Shown: positions 8,630-18,389 of the stretch, one piece after another
Numbering within the stretch: position 1 is the first letter of the stretch
How the letters are laid out: each line of letters begins with the position of its first letter
Origin: an uncultured Pseudomonadota bacterium
Lineage (GTDB): Bacteria > Myxococcota_A > UBA796 > SXON01
Assembly: GCA_903959175.1 (NCBI GenBank)
Contig: CAJBVW010000449.1
Location: 12,959 to 76,958 of the forward strand
Length of the DNA stretch: 64,000 nucleotides
Direction of reading: 5' to 3'
Notes under the pieces: model-generated
What the model saw: only the letters and a program-made list of their open reading frames with translations
The model's database searches: none
Told to the model about the DNA's origin: nothing
Program-made: the position numbers and the translations under genes

Positions 8630-8835
8630 GGTGCCTCCAGTGAGTTGGCACAGGCGCCGGGAGCAAGGACCGGGCCATGGGCGAACGCCGCTTGTTTCGC
8701 GATCGCCTGACGGACGTCCGCCACCCGACGGACGACGTCCGTCACCCCTCTGTCAGCCCGGTTCGTCAAGGGGCCTCCGCGCGCGCCGCTTCCGCGGCCG
8801 ACCCGGGATAACGACGGGCCTCGCTCCGGAGACCC

Positions 8836-10488
8836 ATGCTCGCCCTCATCCTCCTCGCCCCGCACGCGCACGCGGCCTGCGCCATCGAGCAGGACAAGCG
8901 CCCCGACGGCGTCACCGTCGTCGTGCGCGCGCTCGACGAGCCCGTGGGCTGCCGCCGGGTCACGCTCGAGTCCGACGCGCCGCTCACCGTCACCGCGACG
9001 GTGTGGTCCCCCGAGGCCCGTCGCAGCACGCCGAAGCAGGACCACCTGCGCCAGCTGCCCGGCGGCGGCTGGGAGATCGCGGTGCCCGAGCTCGTCGTCG
9101 GCGGGCGCGCGGTGTTCGAGGTCGGCGTGCCCGGGAGCGCGCTCGTGGTGCGCCTCGGCGCGCCGGAGACGGTCACGCTCGTCGGCCTCGTCCACGAGAC
9201 CCGCGTGCTCACGCTCGACGCGCGGCACCCCGGCTGGGGCTTCGCTGACGGCGCCCGCGCCGAGACCCGCGTGGAGCTGCGCTTCACGCCGCCGGCGGAG
9301 GGCCCCACCCAGATCGTGCCCGTCCCCGCCGGCGCCACCGACCTCTACGCGCCGGGCCTCGACCCCGTGCCCCTCGGCGTGCGCGTCCCCGCCGGCGTCC
9401 CCGAGGTCACCATCCGCTACACCGTGCGCGGCGCCGAGCCCCTCGCCGCTCGCACCCTCCCGCCGGGCACGCTCACGCTCGTCGGGCCCCCCACGCCCGA
9501 GGGCGCCGTCGCGTGGGTCCCCTCCCCCGGCCCCGGCGTCACCGTCTCCCCCGTCGAGAACGGCGTCCGCTTCGACGCCCCGAGCGGCGGTGTGGCGCGG
9601 TGGCGCGTCGCGACCGCGGGCGCGGACAAGGTGGTCCCCGACGTGGCGACCTACCTCAAGGGCCTCGACTGGCGCTTCGCGCGCCAGAGCCTCCCGGAGC
9701 CGGCCGTCCCCGTCGCCATCCGCGACCGCCTCGACCGCCCCAACCTCCTCCGCGAGCTCCTCACCGAGGTCCAGTCCCTGCGCGACGGCGCGCTCCCCGG
9801 CGCCGAGCCGCTCCGGCCCCGCCAGCTCAACGGCGCGTGGCGCTCCGGGTGGGCCACGCAGGTGGAGCGCGCGCTCGTCTTCCACCGCTTCCTCGGCCAG
9901 GAGAAGTTCCGCGCGGGGTGGGTGCTCACCGGCGCGGACGCCGATCCCGTCTCGCTCACCGGCTTCGACACGATGCTGGTCGTGGCGCGCGTGGGCGAGG
10001 ACAACCTGTGGGTCGACCCCGCCTGCGCCGTCTGCGCGCCCGGCGAGATCGGCACGCGGTGGCTCGGCAAGCCCGCCATCGGCGCGCTCCCGGAGGGGAT
10101 GACGGCCGTGCCCCGCGCCTCCGGCCTGCTCACGCGCGCCCTGACCCTCAACGGCGAGCAGTTCCAGGCCGACTTCACCGCCGTCGGCGCCGCCGCCCTC
10201 TGGCTCCGCGAGCGCATCGTGGGCGTGGAGCCCGGCGTCCGCGCCGACCGCCTCGGGGAGGCCCTCGGCATGCCCGGCGCCGCCCTCGTCGCGTCCGCCG
10301 GCTTCGGGGAGGCCGGCGCGCCGGTGACCGTGTCGCTGACGGGCCCGCGGCCCCCGCACGATCCCTTCGCGGACGCGACGCCCTGGGACGGCGGCTGGAC
10401 GGACGCGCTCGCGCCGTCCCCCGCCTCCCCCGCCTCCCCGGCCTCCGCCCCGGCCCCCGCGGATCCGGCGGTCGCTCCCGCCCCTTGA
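8836..10488 (+). CDS. secreted hypothetical protein, possibly a degenerate transglutaminase-like fold
   Basis: Signal-like N-terminus MLALILLAPHAHAA. The central segment SGWATQVERALVFHRFLGQEKFRAGWVL...FDTMLVV...LWVDPA resembles a transglutaminase core, but Cys and His are not at the expected positions. Pro/Ala/Ser low-complexity tail. Confidence 0.55.
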   Translation: MLALILLAPHAHAACAIEQDKRPDGVTVVVRALDEPVGCRRVTLESDAPLTVTATVWSPEARRSTPKQDHLRQLPGGGWEIAVPELVVGGRAVFEVGVPGSALVVRLGAPETVTLVGLVHETRVLTLDARHPGWGFADGARAETRVELRFTPPAEGPTQIVPVPAGATDLYAPGLDPVPLGVRVPAGVPEVTIRYTVRGAEPLAARTLPPGTLTLVGPPTPEGAVAWVPSPGPGVTVSPVENGVRFDAPSGGVARWRVATAGADKVVPDVATYLKGLDWRFARQSLPEPAVPVAIRDRLDRPNLLRELLTEVQSLRDGALPGAEPLRPRQLNGAWRSGWATQVERALVFHRFLGQEKFRAGWVLTGADADPVSLTGFDTMLVVARVGEDNLWVDPACAVCAPGEIGTRWLGKPAIGALPEGMTAVPRASGLLTRALTLNGEQFQADFTAVGAAALWLRERIVGVEPGVRADRLGEALGMPGAALVASAGFGEAGAPVTVSLTGPRPPHDPFADATPWDGGWTDALAPSPASPASPASAPAPADPAVAPAP

Positions 10489-10636
10489 CACGGGGCGCCT
10501 TGTCGTGGCCCCGGGCCCCGCGGGCGGATAGGCCGACAGCCGCCGGCAGGGCGGGAACCCCCGCGCCTCGGCCGCGCCCGCCCGTCGCCCCCCGGTGATG
10601 GAGCTGGAACCTCCACTCTGACCGGGAGTTTCGGGT

Positions 10637-12406
10637 TTGACCCTCTTCGAGCTGTTGACGGCGGGCAAGATCGACGAGTTCAACGCGCGCCGCGGGCAGC
10701 GCGTCACCCTCGACTTCTTCGCGGCGGATCTCTCGGGGCTGGCGCTCGCCGGAGCCGACCTCTCGGGCGCGAACCTGGAGAAGGCGGACCTCTCCGGCGC
10801 CGACCTCACCGGGGCGGTGCTGGCGAAGGCCAACCTCTGCGGCGCGGACCTCACCGGCGCCAACCTCACGAACTGCGTCGCCATCAAGGCGCGGCTGCGC
10901 GAGGCCTACCTCGGCAAGGCCAACGCGGCGGGCGCCGAGTTCTCCGGCGCGGACTTCTGCGAGGCCGACCTCACCGGCCTCGTGGCCGACCAGGCCCGCT
11001 TCGCCGGCGCGCGCTTCAAGGACGCCGTCCTGCACCAGGCCATCCTCACCGCGTGCGACTTCAACGAGAGCCGCTTCGCGAACGCCGACCTCCGCGACGC
11101 CGACCTCACCGGGTCCAAGCTCGTCAACGCCGAGCTCCTCCGCGCGAACGCCACCGGCGCGCGCCTCGTCCGCGTCGACCTCTCCGGGGCGCGCATGGCG
11201 GGCGCGGTGCTCAAGGGCGCGCATCTCGCGGGCGCCAACCTGACCGGCGCCGACCTCTCCGGCGTCGACCTCACCGGCGCCGACCTCACCGGCGCGAACC
11301 TCGAGCGCGTCGACCTCTTCGACGTCATCGCCGAGCCCGAGACCCTCAAGCTCGCCAAGGCCGCCCCCGGCGTGGAGGCAGCGCCCGCCGCCGCCACCGT
11401 CGCCACGGACGTCGACCTCCACTTCGAGGACCCCTCCGTTGCCGTGTCCGCGGCGGGCTGCGCGGTCTTCTGGGAGAACGCCGACGGGGAGGACGCCTTC
11501 AACCTCCGCGCGATCGTCTCCACCTCGGCGAAGCCCTTCCGCGGCCTCTCGCAGGCCCTCGCCATCCCGATCGACCAGGTGCTCTCCCGCGCCGTGCTCC
11601 CCTCCCCCACCGGGTTCGAGTGCGCCGTGTTCCTCGACCGCCCGGCCGGGGTCGAGCTCGCCGTCCTCTCGCTGGACCGCGCCGGCAACTTCGGCCCCCC
11701 GCGCACCGTGCGCCTCGGGTACACGCCCGTCGTCAAGCCCGTGCTCGTACCGGACGGCGAGGGCTTCCTCATCTACGGCATCGGCCGCCAGGGCGCGCTC
11801 TCGGTCCACCGCTTCGACGGCACCGTGCTCCACGAGCTCATGCGCGCCCCCGCGGGCACCTACCGCGGCTTCTGCGGCCGGCTCGACCCGATCCTGCTCG
11901 GCAAGGGCGGCACCGTCGCCGCCGTGCGGAAGGACGGCATCGGCCGCCTCATGTCCGCCCCGACCGGCTACCCGGGCCGCCTCACCTCCGCCGCCTACCG
12001 CGCCGAGGGCGAGCAGATCGCGCTCGCGTGGGTCGGCAAGGGCGAGAAGGGCCTGCGCTTCCAGGCGCTCGGCGTCGACACCGAGGCCACGCGCCTCGAC
12101 ATCAAGTCGGACATCGGCGCGATGGACCTACGTTCTGTTGGCGACCGTTGGCTGCTCGTCTACACGCGCGAAGCGACGGGCGACACCGACATCACCCTCC
12201 CGATGGCCGTATGGCTGCCGGGCGGCAAGCCGTTCCCGCTGCTCGACGGCCCCGACCGCATCGACATCGAGGACGTGCGGCTCGTCCCCGGCGACAAGCC
12301 CCGCGTCGCGATGTTGACCCTCGGCGAGGACCTCGTCGTGGTCGAGGTCGGCGCGGAGAGCGCAACGATCGTCGCGCGCTTCGGTGAGCTCGTCATCGGG
12401 GCGTAG
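10637..12406 (+). CDS. pentapeptide-repeat protein with a roughly 350-aa unassigned C-terminal domain
   Basis: About 45 consecutive A(D/N)LxG-type pentapeptides (ADLSGANLEKADLSGADLTGAVL...). TTG start at 10637. Confidence 0.85.
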   Translation: MTLFELLTAGKIDEFNARRGQRVTLDFFAADLSGLALAGADLSGANLEKADLSGADLTGAVLAKANLCGADLTGANLTNCVAIKARLREAYLGKANAAGAEFSGADFCEADLTGLVADQARFAGARFKDAVLHQAILTACDFNESRFANADLRDADLTGSKLVNAELLRANATGARLVRVDLSGARMAGAVLKGAHLAGANLTGADLSGVDLTGADLTGANLERVDLFDVIAEPETLKLAKAAPGVEAAPAAATVATDVDLHFEDPSVAVSAAGCAVFWENADGEDAFNLRAIVSTSAKPFRGLSQALAIPIDQVLSRAVLPSPTGFECAVFLDRPAGVELAVLSLDRAGNFGPPRTVRLGYTPVVKPVLVPDGEGFLIYGIGRQGALSVHRFDGTVLHELMRAPAGTYRGFCGRLDPILLGKGGTVAAVRKDGIGRLMSAPTGYPGRLTSAAYRAEGEQIALAWVGKGEKGLRFQALGVDTEATRLDIKSDIGAMDLRSVGDRWLLVYTREATGDTDITLPMAVWLPGGKPFPLLDGPDRIDIEDVRLVPGDKPRVAMLTLGEDLVVVEVGAESATIVARFGELVIGA

Positions 12407-12440
12407 GAGCCCAGCGGGCGACGAGGAGCAGGCTCATCCC

Positions 12441-14681
12441 CTACCGATATCCGGCGCGCCTCCGAATCCACCAGGAGATCGACAGGAAGAGCCCGAAGAG
12501 GAGCGGGACCAGGGGAGCGGCGTAGAGGCGGGTCTCGGCGCGGTCACGGACGCGACGGCCGGCGTCGGGGTCGCGAAGCGGGGCGGCACGCTCGCCGGCG
12601 GCGACGTACTGCCCGCCCGTGCGCGCGGCGAGGGTGCGGAGGAACGCGCTGTCGGGCTCCACCTCTTCGAGCTCGGGGTCCCGCGTCGTGACGGCGAAGG
12701 CGGTCTGGGCCTCGCCCACCGTGGCGCCGGAGGCCCCGTGCGCGACGACCTTGACCCGGTGCGCGCCGCGATCCGACGCGGGGAGCGTGAGCGCGACGCT
12801 GCCGTCCGCGCCGGTGCGGCCCTCGAGCTTCTCGCGGCCGCCGGGGCCGTCCACCGTGATGTCGACCTTGGCCTCGGCGACGGGCGCGAAGGAGACGTTG
12901 CGCACCTTCGTCGTGATGCGCACTTCTTCGCCGATCTGGTAGTTGTCGCGGTTCGCCTCGACGACGACGGGCTGATCCTCGGGGTCCCCGATGAGCCAGC
13001 GCGCGGCGTTCTTCCAGAAGCGGAGGTAGGCCTGGTTGCCGCGCCCCTCCCCCGCCTCGGCGAAGGACCAGCGCCAGGACGAGTCGCCGAGGAGCGCCAT
13101 CGAGCGGCCCGCGCCGTACTCGCCGACCGCGAGCACGGGGAGCGGCTTGTCGTCCGGGCCCTTGAGGGTCGGGTGCTCGAGGAGCACGGCCGCGCCTTGC
13201 GACGCGCCGCGGGAGAGGTTCAGGCCGTCGAGCTGGGAGAGGCCGGCCCACGCGCGCGTGTTCTCGGTGGGCTCGCCGACGAGCTGCGTGATGGGGTGGC
13301 GGGCGCCGCCCTCGGTGAGGCGGGGGGCGAAGGCGCCGGGATCGATGGCCTCGCCGGAGACGCCGAGCTGGACGGGGAGGATGTCGGCGATGGGGGTGCC
13401 GGCGTAGGCGCCGAGGTCGAAGCTGCGATCTCCGCCCATCATCACGAAGGCCTTGCCGTTCTCCTTCACGTAGCGGGCGATGTTGCCGAGGAGCTCGTTC
13501 GCGTTGTTGTCGAAGTAGGGCCGGTAGTCGAAGTTCTGGAAGATGACGAGGTCGAAGGACCAGAGCTCGCTGGAGAAGAGCTTCTCGTAGGGGAACTGGA
13601 TGAGCGAGAGCTCGGAGGAGTCCCAGCCGGCGCCCATGTCGCGGTCGGTGCGGAGGATGAAGAAGGAGACGAGGTCGACCGCGGGGTCCTCCTTGAGGAA
13701 GAGCCGCAGGAACTTTTGGTCGAACGAGGGGGATCCGCAGACCTGGAGCACGCGCACGCGGTCGCGCACGACGCGCACGGCGAGGGAGAGCGCGTTGTTG
13801 GCGGGCACGGCGTCCCCCGCGGTGACGGGGGTGGCGGCCTCGTAGATGAAGCGGCCGACGGCCTCGGGGGTGACCTCGAAGCGGGCAGTGCCGCGGCCCT
13901 CGGCGTCGAGCGCGACCGTCTTTTGGCCGACGGGCTGGCCGTCCCGCGTGAGGGTGACGGGGACCGAACGCGCGGAGGTGCCGACGGCGCGCACGTCCAC
14001 CTCGATGGCGAAGGGGGCGCGGAGGAACGCGAAGCCGCCCGCGCGCACGTCGGTGACGGACACGTCGGTGCGGCCGCCGTCCTCGCCGATCTGGTAGACG
14101 GTGAGCGGGCCGTTGAGCCGCGGGAGCACGGCGTCGGCCTCGCCGAGGACCCGGCGCCGGAGCCCGCCGCGGTCGATGCCGTCGGAGAGGACCGCGACGC
14201 CCTCGAGCTTCTCGCCGGCGTAGCGCTGCGCCACGGCCGCGAGCGCGCCGCCGAGGTCGGTGTCGCCGGCGTCGTAGGTGATCGGGACGCCGGGGCGCAG
14301 GCCGTCTCCGAAGGCGAAGACCTCCGTGCCCGGGGGCAGCGCGGCGAGGCGCGCGGCGACCTGGTCAGAGCGCGGCGTGCCATCTCCCTCCAACACCTGC
14401 ATGGACCGCGAGGCGTCGACCAGGGCGACGTAGCGGCCGGCCTCGACGCGGTCTCCCTCCTGGATCCACACCGGGCCCGCCACGGCGCCGAGGAGCACCC
14501 CGGCCGCCGCGGTGAGGAAGGCGACCTCGGCGATGCGGGCGCGTCCTCGCGGGCGGGGGATCGCCGCGAGGATCAGCGCTACGAGCACGCCGAGCGTCGC
14601 GACGCCGATGATCCACGGCTCGGTGGTGAAGACGAGGCGGCCGCCGGGGCCGCAGCACCCGCCGAGGAGCCAGTCCATCAT
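12441..14681 (-). CDS. membrane protein with a VWA-like region and a GATase1-like (DUF1355-type) domain
   Basis: MMDWLLGG start overlaps the DUF4159 stop (ATGA). N-terminal TM helices, VALVDASRSM, VLQVCGSPSFDQKFLRLFLK...GKAFVMMGGDRSF, and a C-terminal TM helix. Confidence 0.75.
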   Translation of the reverse strand: MMDWLLGGCCGPGGRLVFTTEPWIIGVATLGVLVALILAAIPRPRGRARIAEVAFLTAAAGVLLGAVAGPVWIQEGDRVEAGRYVALVDASRSMQVLEGDGTPRSDQVAARLAALPPGTEVFAFGDGLRPGVPITYDAGDTDLGGALAAVAQRYAGEKLEGVAVLSDGIDRGGLRRRVLGEADAVLPRLNGPLTVYQIGEDGGRTDVSVTDVRAGGFAFLRAPFAIEVDVRAVGTSARSVPVTLTRDGQPVGQKTVALDAEGRGTARFEVTPEAVGRFIYEAATPVTAGDAVPANNALSLAVRVVRDRVRVLQVCGSPSFDQKFLRLFLKEDPAVDLVSFFILRTDRDMGAGWDSSELSLIQFPYEKLFSSELWSFDLVIFQNFDYRPYFDNNANELLGNIARYVKENGKAFVMMGGDRSFDLGAYAGTPIADILPVQLGVSGEAIDPGAFAPRLTEGGARHPITQLVGEPTENTRAWAGLSQLDGLNLSRGASQGAAVLLEHPTLKGPDDKPLPVLAVGEYGAGRSMALLGDSSWRWSFAEAGEGRGNQAYLRFWKNAARWLIGDPEDQPVVVEANRDNYQIGEEVRITTKVRNVSFAPVAEAKVDITVDGPGGREKLEGRTGADGSVALTLPASDRGAHRVKVVAHGASGATVGEAQTAFAVTTRDPELEEVEPDSAFLRTLAARTGGQYVAAGERAAPLRDPDAGRRVRDRAETRLYAAPLVPLLFGLFLSISWWIRRRAGYR

Positions 14682-15454
14682 TCGAGCCGCCCTTCGCGGA
14701 TGAGCTGCTCGACGTGGGCCTGATCCTGCTTGTAGTTGGAGGTGAGGCCGTACATCAAGAGGTTGATCGCCAGCTTGACGGCCTCGCGGCGCTGCAGCTC
14801 GCCGTTGGGCGTGCAGGGCAGCGCGTCCGACCCGTCGGCGCGGCGATCGAGCGCGCCCGAGAGGTCGTCCCGGCTGTAGAGGAGCGGGTGCATGCTTCCC
14901 TGCGCCACGCCCTCGAGCGTGCGATGCAGCGCAACGCGGCCCACCGGCTCGGAGATGAGGAAGAAGGCGCGGTAGACGGAGTGGTCCGTCGGGAGCGTGG
15001 TGAGCGCGCGCGTCGGGAAGAGCTTGCGGACCATCGCGCGGACGCTCGTGTCGAAGTCGCTCTGGCGCTCGCCCGTCGTGTCGTCGATGAACAGGAAGCC
15101 GCCGTAGGACAGGTAGCGCACGAGCTGTTGCGACGCGGCCTCGGTGAGCGGGGTGAGGGCGTCGTTGCCGGCGAGGACGGCGAAGGGGTGGCGGAACAGC
15201 GCGGGATCGTCGGGGGCGAGCTGGACGACGCGCGGCTCGGCCTCGACGGAGGTGCTCTGGAGGAGCTCGAAGAGCAGCCTCGTCCACGCCTCGGGGCGCG
15301 AGATCGTGCCGCGGGAGAGCTGGATCTCCGCGATGTCGACCTCGGACGCGGGGCCGACGGCGCCGGCGCGCAGGGCGAAGGGCAGCGCGAGCGCGCTGGT
15401 GAGGAGGGTGCGGCGGGTGAGGCCGGCCCCGACGCGAGGGGGGCTACGCAGCAT
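14678..15454 (-). CDS. DUF4159-like protein with a Tat-type signal
   Basis: MLRSPPRVGAGLTRRTLLTSALALPFALRA, then HPFAVLAGNDALTPLTEAASQQLVRYLSYGGFLFIDD. The start overlaps the upstream stop by 11 nt. Confidence 0.75.
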   Translation of the reverse strand: MLRSPPRVGAGLTRRTLLTSALALPFALRAGAVGPASEVDIAEIQLSRGTISRPEAWTRLLFELLQSTSVEAEPRVVQLAPDDPALFRHPFAVLAGNDALTPLTEAASQQLVRYLSYGGFLFIDDTTGERQSDFDTSVRAMVRKLFPTRALTTLPTDHSVYRAFFLISEPVGRVALHRTLEGVAQGSMHPLLYSRDDLSGALDRRADGSDALPCTPNGELQRREAVKLAINLLMYGLTSNYKQDQAHVEQLIREGRLE

Positions 15455-17492
15455 CGTCGCTCCGGCCGCGACCGAGGGCGGCGGCGCCGAGGAGGAGGGC
15501 GACACCGGCGCCGAAGAGGGGGATATCGAGGTCGAAGGTGCGGCGGAGGCGCTCGGGGGCGATCTTCGCCTGGGCCTCGACGAGGCTCGTGCCCCGCCGC
15601 ACGTCCGACTCGCCGACCGCGGTGTTGACGGCCACCCACGCGAGCGGCGGCAGGCCCGTCGGCACCGCGGCGTACGCGCCGGGGACCTCGGGGGTGAAGG
15701 AGAGCGAGCCGATCGCGCGCTCGGAGGCGACGATCCCGCCGTCGGGGCCGGTCACCTCGGGGTCCCCCCCGGCGGGCGGGAACGCGAGGGAGACGCGGGC
15801 CCCGACCGCCCCGTTCGCCGTGGACGCGGCGCCGCCGGCCTCGCCGCCGAGGTAGCCGGTGAGGCGCTGGACGAACGGCATGAACACGGCCTGGAGCGGC
15901 AGGTTGGACCAGCCGAGATCGAAGGTGGAGGTCCACAGGAGGACGCGGCCGTTGCCGATGCGGCGCTCGAGGAGGGCGGGCACGCCGTCGTCGTAGGTGA
16001 GCAAAACGCTCACGTCGTCGCCGGCGGGGGGCTCGGTGGTCATGACGCGGCGGGTGTGGACGCGGGTGAAGCTCTCGCGGCCGGCGCGGGCGAAGACGCG
16101 GAAGAGGTCGAGGCCCTCGACGTCGGGCGGGCGGAGCGGGGCGCCGTCGTCCGACTCAAGCGAGACGAGGTCCCGCGTCTTGCGGAGCGGGGCCGGGAGG
16201 AGCGAGGCGAGGGCGCTGTCGTAGCGCTCGGCCGTGACGTTGTCGCCCATGCCGAGGACGAGCCCGCCGCCGCGGCGGACGAAGTCGACGAGGAGCGGCG
16301 CGTAGGGCGCGGGGTCCGCCACGTTGGCGAGGAAGGCGACGCGGTGCGTGGCGGGGTCGAGGCGGGAGAGGCCGGAGGGGGACACCACGTCGACCGCGAT
16401 GCCGCCGGTGCCGCCCCAGGGCGCGAGCGCGCGTTCGAGGAAGTAGACCTCGGAGCGGGTGGGGGTGGAGCCGGGGTCGCCGTCGACGACGAGGACGCGG
16501 CTGGCGCCGATGCGGGGGAGGTGGAAGAAGCGGGCGTTGTCGAGGGGGAGGTCGGGGTCCTCGATCTCGACACGGGCGACGCCGCCCTCGGCCTGACGCG
16601 GCACGGTCACCCGGGACTCGGCGGTGCCGGGGCCGGCGTCCGTCGCGGCGGGGACGGGCACGAAGGTGTTGATGCGCGCGCCGTCGGGGAGGATGACGGC
16701 GGTGGGGACCTCGCGCGCGGCCGGGCCCCAGTTGGCGAGCTGGACGGTGACGGTGCCGCCCTCCAGGCCGTCTCCGTAGACGGCGTCGATCGGGGCGACG
16801 TTGCGGCGGTCCTCCCCGCCGTAGACGCGCGGGAGGATGGAGGAGCCGAGCGCGAGGAGGCGGTCGATGTCGCCGGCGCAGGCGTCGACCACGCCGGCGC
16901 CGGACTCGTCGGTGTAGACGAGGAGCTCGCCCGCAGCGCCCTCGAGCGTGGTGCGCGCGAGCGTGAAGGCGCCGTGCAGATCGGTGGTGCCGTAGGACTG
17001 CTCGACCGACTCGAGGAGCGAGGCGGCGAGGGAGGTGTCCGTCGTGAAGCCGGAGGTGACCATCGTGGCGGTGCCGCCGACGCGGATGACGGCGACGCGC
17101 ACGCCGGGGGCGAGGGAGCGGATCTGGGTCGCGGCGTCCTTTCGGGCGAGGGCGAAGGCGGGGTCGCCGGAGACGCGTTGGTCCATCGAGAGGGAGTCGT
17201 CGAGGAGGACGACGACGTTGCCGGTGCCGCCGAAGGTGGGCGGGCCGCCGAGCCACTGGGCCTGGGGGCGGGCGGCGGCGAGGATCACCGCGGCGATGGC
17301 GAACACGCGCGCGAGGAGGAGGAGGCGGTCCTGGAGGCGGCGGCGGCGGTGGAGCCGGCGCTGAAGGCGCTCGAGGAGGAGGAGCGCGCCGAAGGGGCGG
17401 CGGTCCCGCGGCTGGCGCTTGGAGAGGTGGGCGAGCACGGGGCCGGCGAGCAGGGCGAGGAGGCCCAGGACGGCGGGTGCCAACAGGACCAT
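15444..17492 (-). CDS. BatA-type protein (N-terminal double-TM aerotolerance domain plus VWA)
   Basis: MVLLAPAVLGLLALLAGPVLAHL...RLHRRRRLQD...VVVLLDDSLSM (MIDAS-like). The ATG lies 2 nt after the DUF58 stop. Confidence 0.8.
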   Translation of the reverse strand: MVLLAPAVLGLLALLAGPVLAHLSKRQPRDRRPFGALLLLERLQRRLHRRRRLQDRLLLLARVFAIAAVILAAARPQAQWLGGPPTFGGTGNVVVLLDDSLSMDQRVSGDPAFALARKDAATQIRSLAPGVRVAVIRVGGTATMVTSGFTTDTSLAASLLESVEQSYGTTDLHGAFTLARTTLEGAAGELLVYTDESGAGVVDACAGDIDRLLALGSSILPRVYGGEDRRNVAPIDAVYGDGLEGGTVTVQLANWGPAAREVPTAVILPDGARINTFVPVPAATDAGPGTAESRVTVPRQAEGGVARVEIEDPDLPLDNARFFHLPRIGASRVLVVDGDPGSTPTRSEVYFLERALAPWGGTGGIAVDVVSPSGLSRLDPATHRVAFLANVADPAPYAPLLVDFVRRGGGLVLGMGDNVTAERYDSALASLLPAPLRKTRDLVSLESDDGAPLRPPDVEGLDLFRVFARAGRESFTRVHTRRVMTTEPPAGDDVSVLLTYDDGVPALLERRIGNGRVLLWTSTFDLGWSNLPLQAVFMPFVQRLTGYLGGEAGGAASTANGAVGARVSLAFPPAGGDPEVTGPDGGIVASERAIGSLSFTPEVPGAYAAVPTGLPPLAWVAVNTAVGESDVRRGTSLVEAQAKIAPERLRRTFDLDIPLFGAGVALLLGAAALGRGRSDDAA

Positions 17493-17494
17493 AC

Positions 17495-18370
17495 TCACGA
17501 CGCGCCCCCGCCGAGGAAGCGGGCGAGGACCTGCGCGAGGTCGGCCCCCGCGGGCACGTCGTAGTGGCGGCCGCGCCGGGCGTGCACGGCGGTGCGCACC
17601 TGCCCGAAGAACTCGCCGACGACCTCGCCGAAGGGGCCGCGGGCGGCGGAGGGGTCGACCGGGAGCTCGGCGCCGGTCTCGGGGGAGCGGAGGCGGAGCG
17701 GGGCGTCGTAGCGGAGCTCGAGCTCCATCGGATCCCACACCTGGAAGGCGCGCAGATCGACGCGCCGCCGCGTCAGGGCGGACAGCGCGCCCGTCCACCC
17801 CTCCGGCTCCTCCATGAAGTCGCTCACCACGGCCACCAACGAACGGGCGGGGAGGTGTGTTCCCACCTCGCGGAACAGGGCGTCGAGGCCGGCGCGCCCG
17901 GAGGGGCGGACGGACGCGAGCATCAGGAAGAGCTGGGCGAGGTGGCGGCGCCCGCGGCGGGGCGCGAGGCGGCGGAACGGCACCCCCTCCCCCGCGCCGA
18001 GGGTGAGGCCGACGGGCTCGCCGTCGAGGTGCATCAGGTAGGCGAGGGTCGCGGCGAGGCGGAGCGCGACGTCGAGCTTGGCGGGGGTGGAGCCGAGGTC
18101 ACCGGAGGCGTCGAGGAGGATGGTGACGGGGAGCTCGGTCTCCGCGCGGTAGCGGCGCACGACGAGGCGGTCGGTGCGGGCGAGCACGCGCCAGTCGACG
18201 TCGCGGAGGGAGTCGCCCAGATCGTAGGGCTTGTAGTCCGCGAATTCGACGTCGTGGCCCGTGTGGATCGAGCGCTGCGTGCCGTGAAAAAGGCCAGCCA
18301 CCGCCTGCCGCGCGTGCAGGTGGAGGTGGCGTACGCGCTCGAGGACGCGCGGATCCCAGGGTCCGGTCAC
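17495..18370 (-). CDS. DUF58 family protein
   Basis: GTQRSIHTGHDVEFADYKPYDLGDSLRDVDWRVLARTDRLVVRRY...ILLDASGD matches the DUF58 signature. Confidence 0.85.
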   Translation of the reverse strand: MTGPWDPRVLERVRHLHLHARQAVAGLFHGTQRSIHTGHDVEFADYKPYDLGDSLRDVDWRVLARTDRLVVRRYRAETELPVTILLDASGDLGSTPAKLDVALRLAATLAYLMHLDGEPVGLTLGAGEGVPFRRLAPRRGRRHLAQLFLMLASVRPSGRAGLDALFREVGTHLPARSLVAVVSDFMEEPEGWTGALSALTRRRVDLRAFQVWDPMELELRYDAPLRLRSPETGAELPVDPSAARGPFGEVVGEFFGQVRTAVHARRGRHYDVPAGADLAQVLARFLGGGAS

Positions 18371-18389
18371 GACGGGCTCGGCAAGGGGA

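Noticed and set aside
8645-8665. TGGCAC at 8646 as a second sigma-54 promoter.
   Set aside because: The -12 position reads CCGG instead of TTGC (TGGCAC-AGGCG-CCGG). Other TGGCAC occurrences (about 27245, 29211, 37660) also lack the -12 element or lie inside genes.
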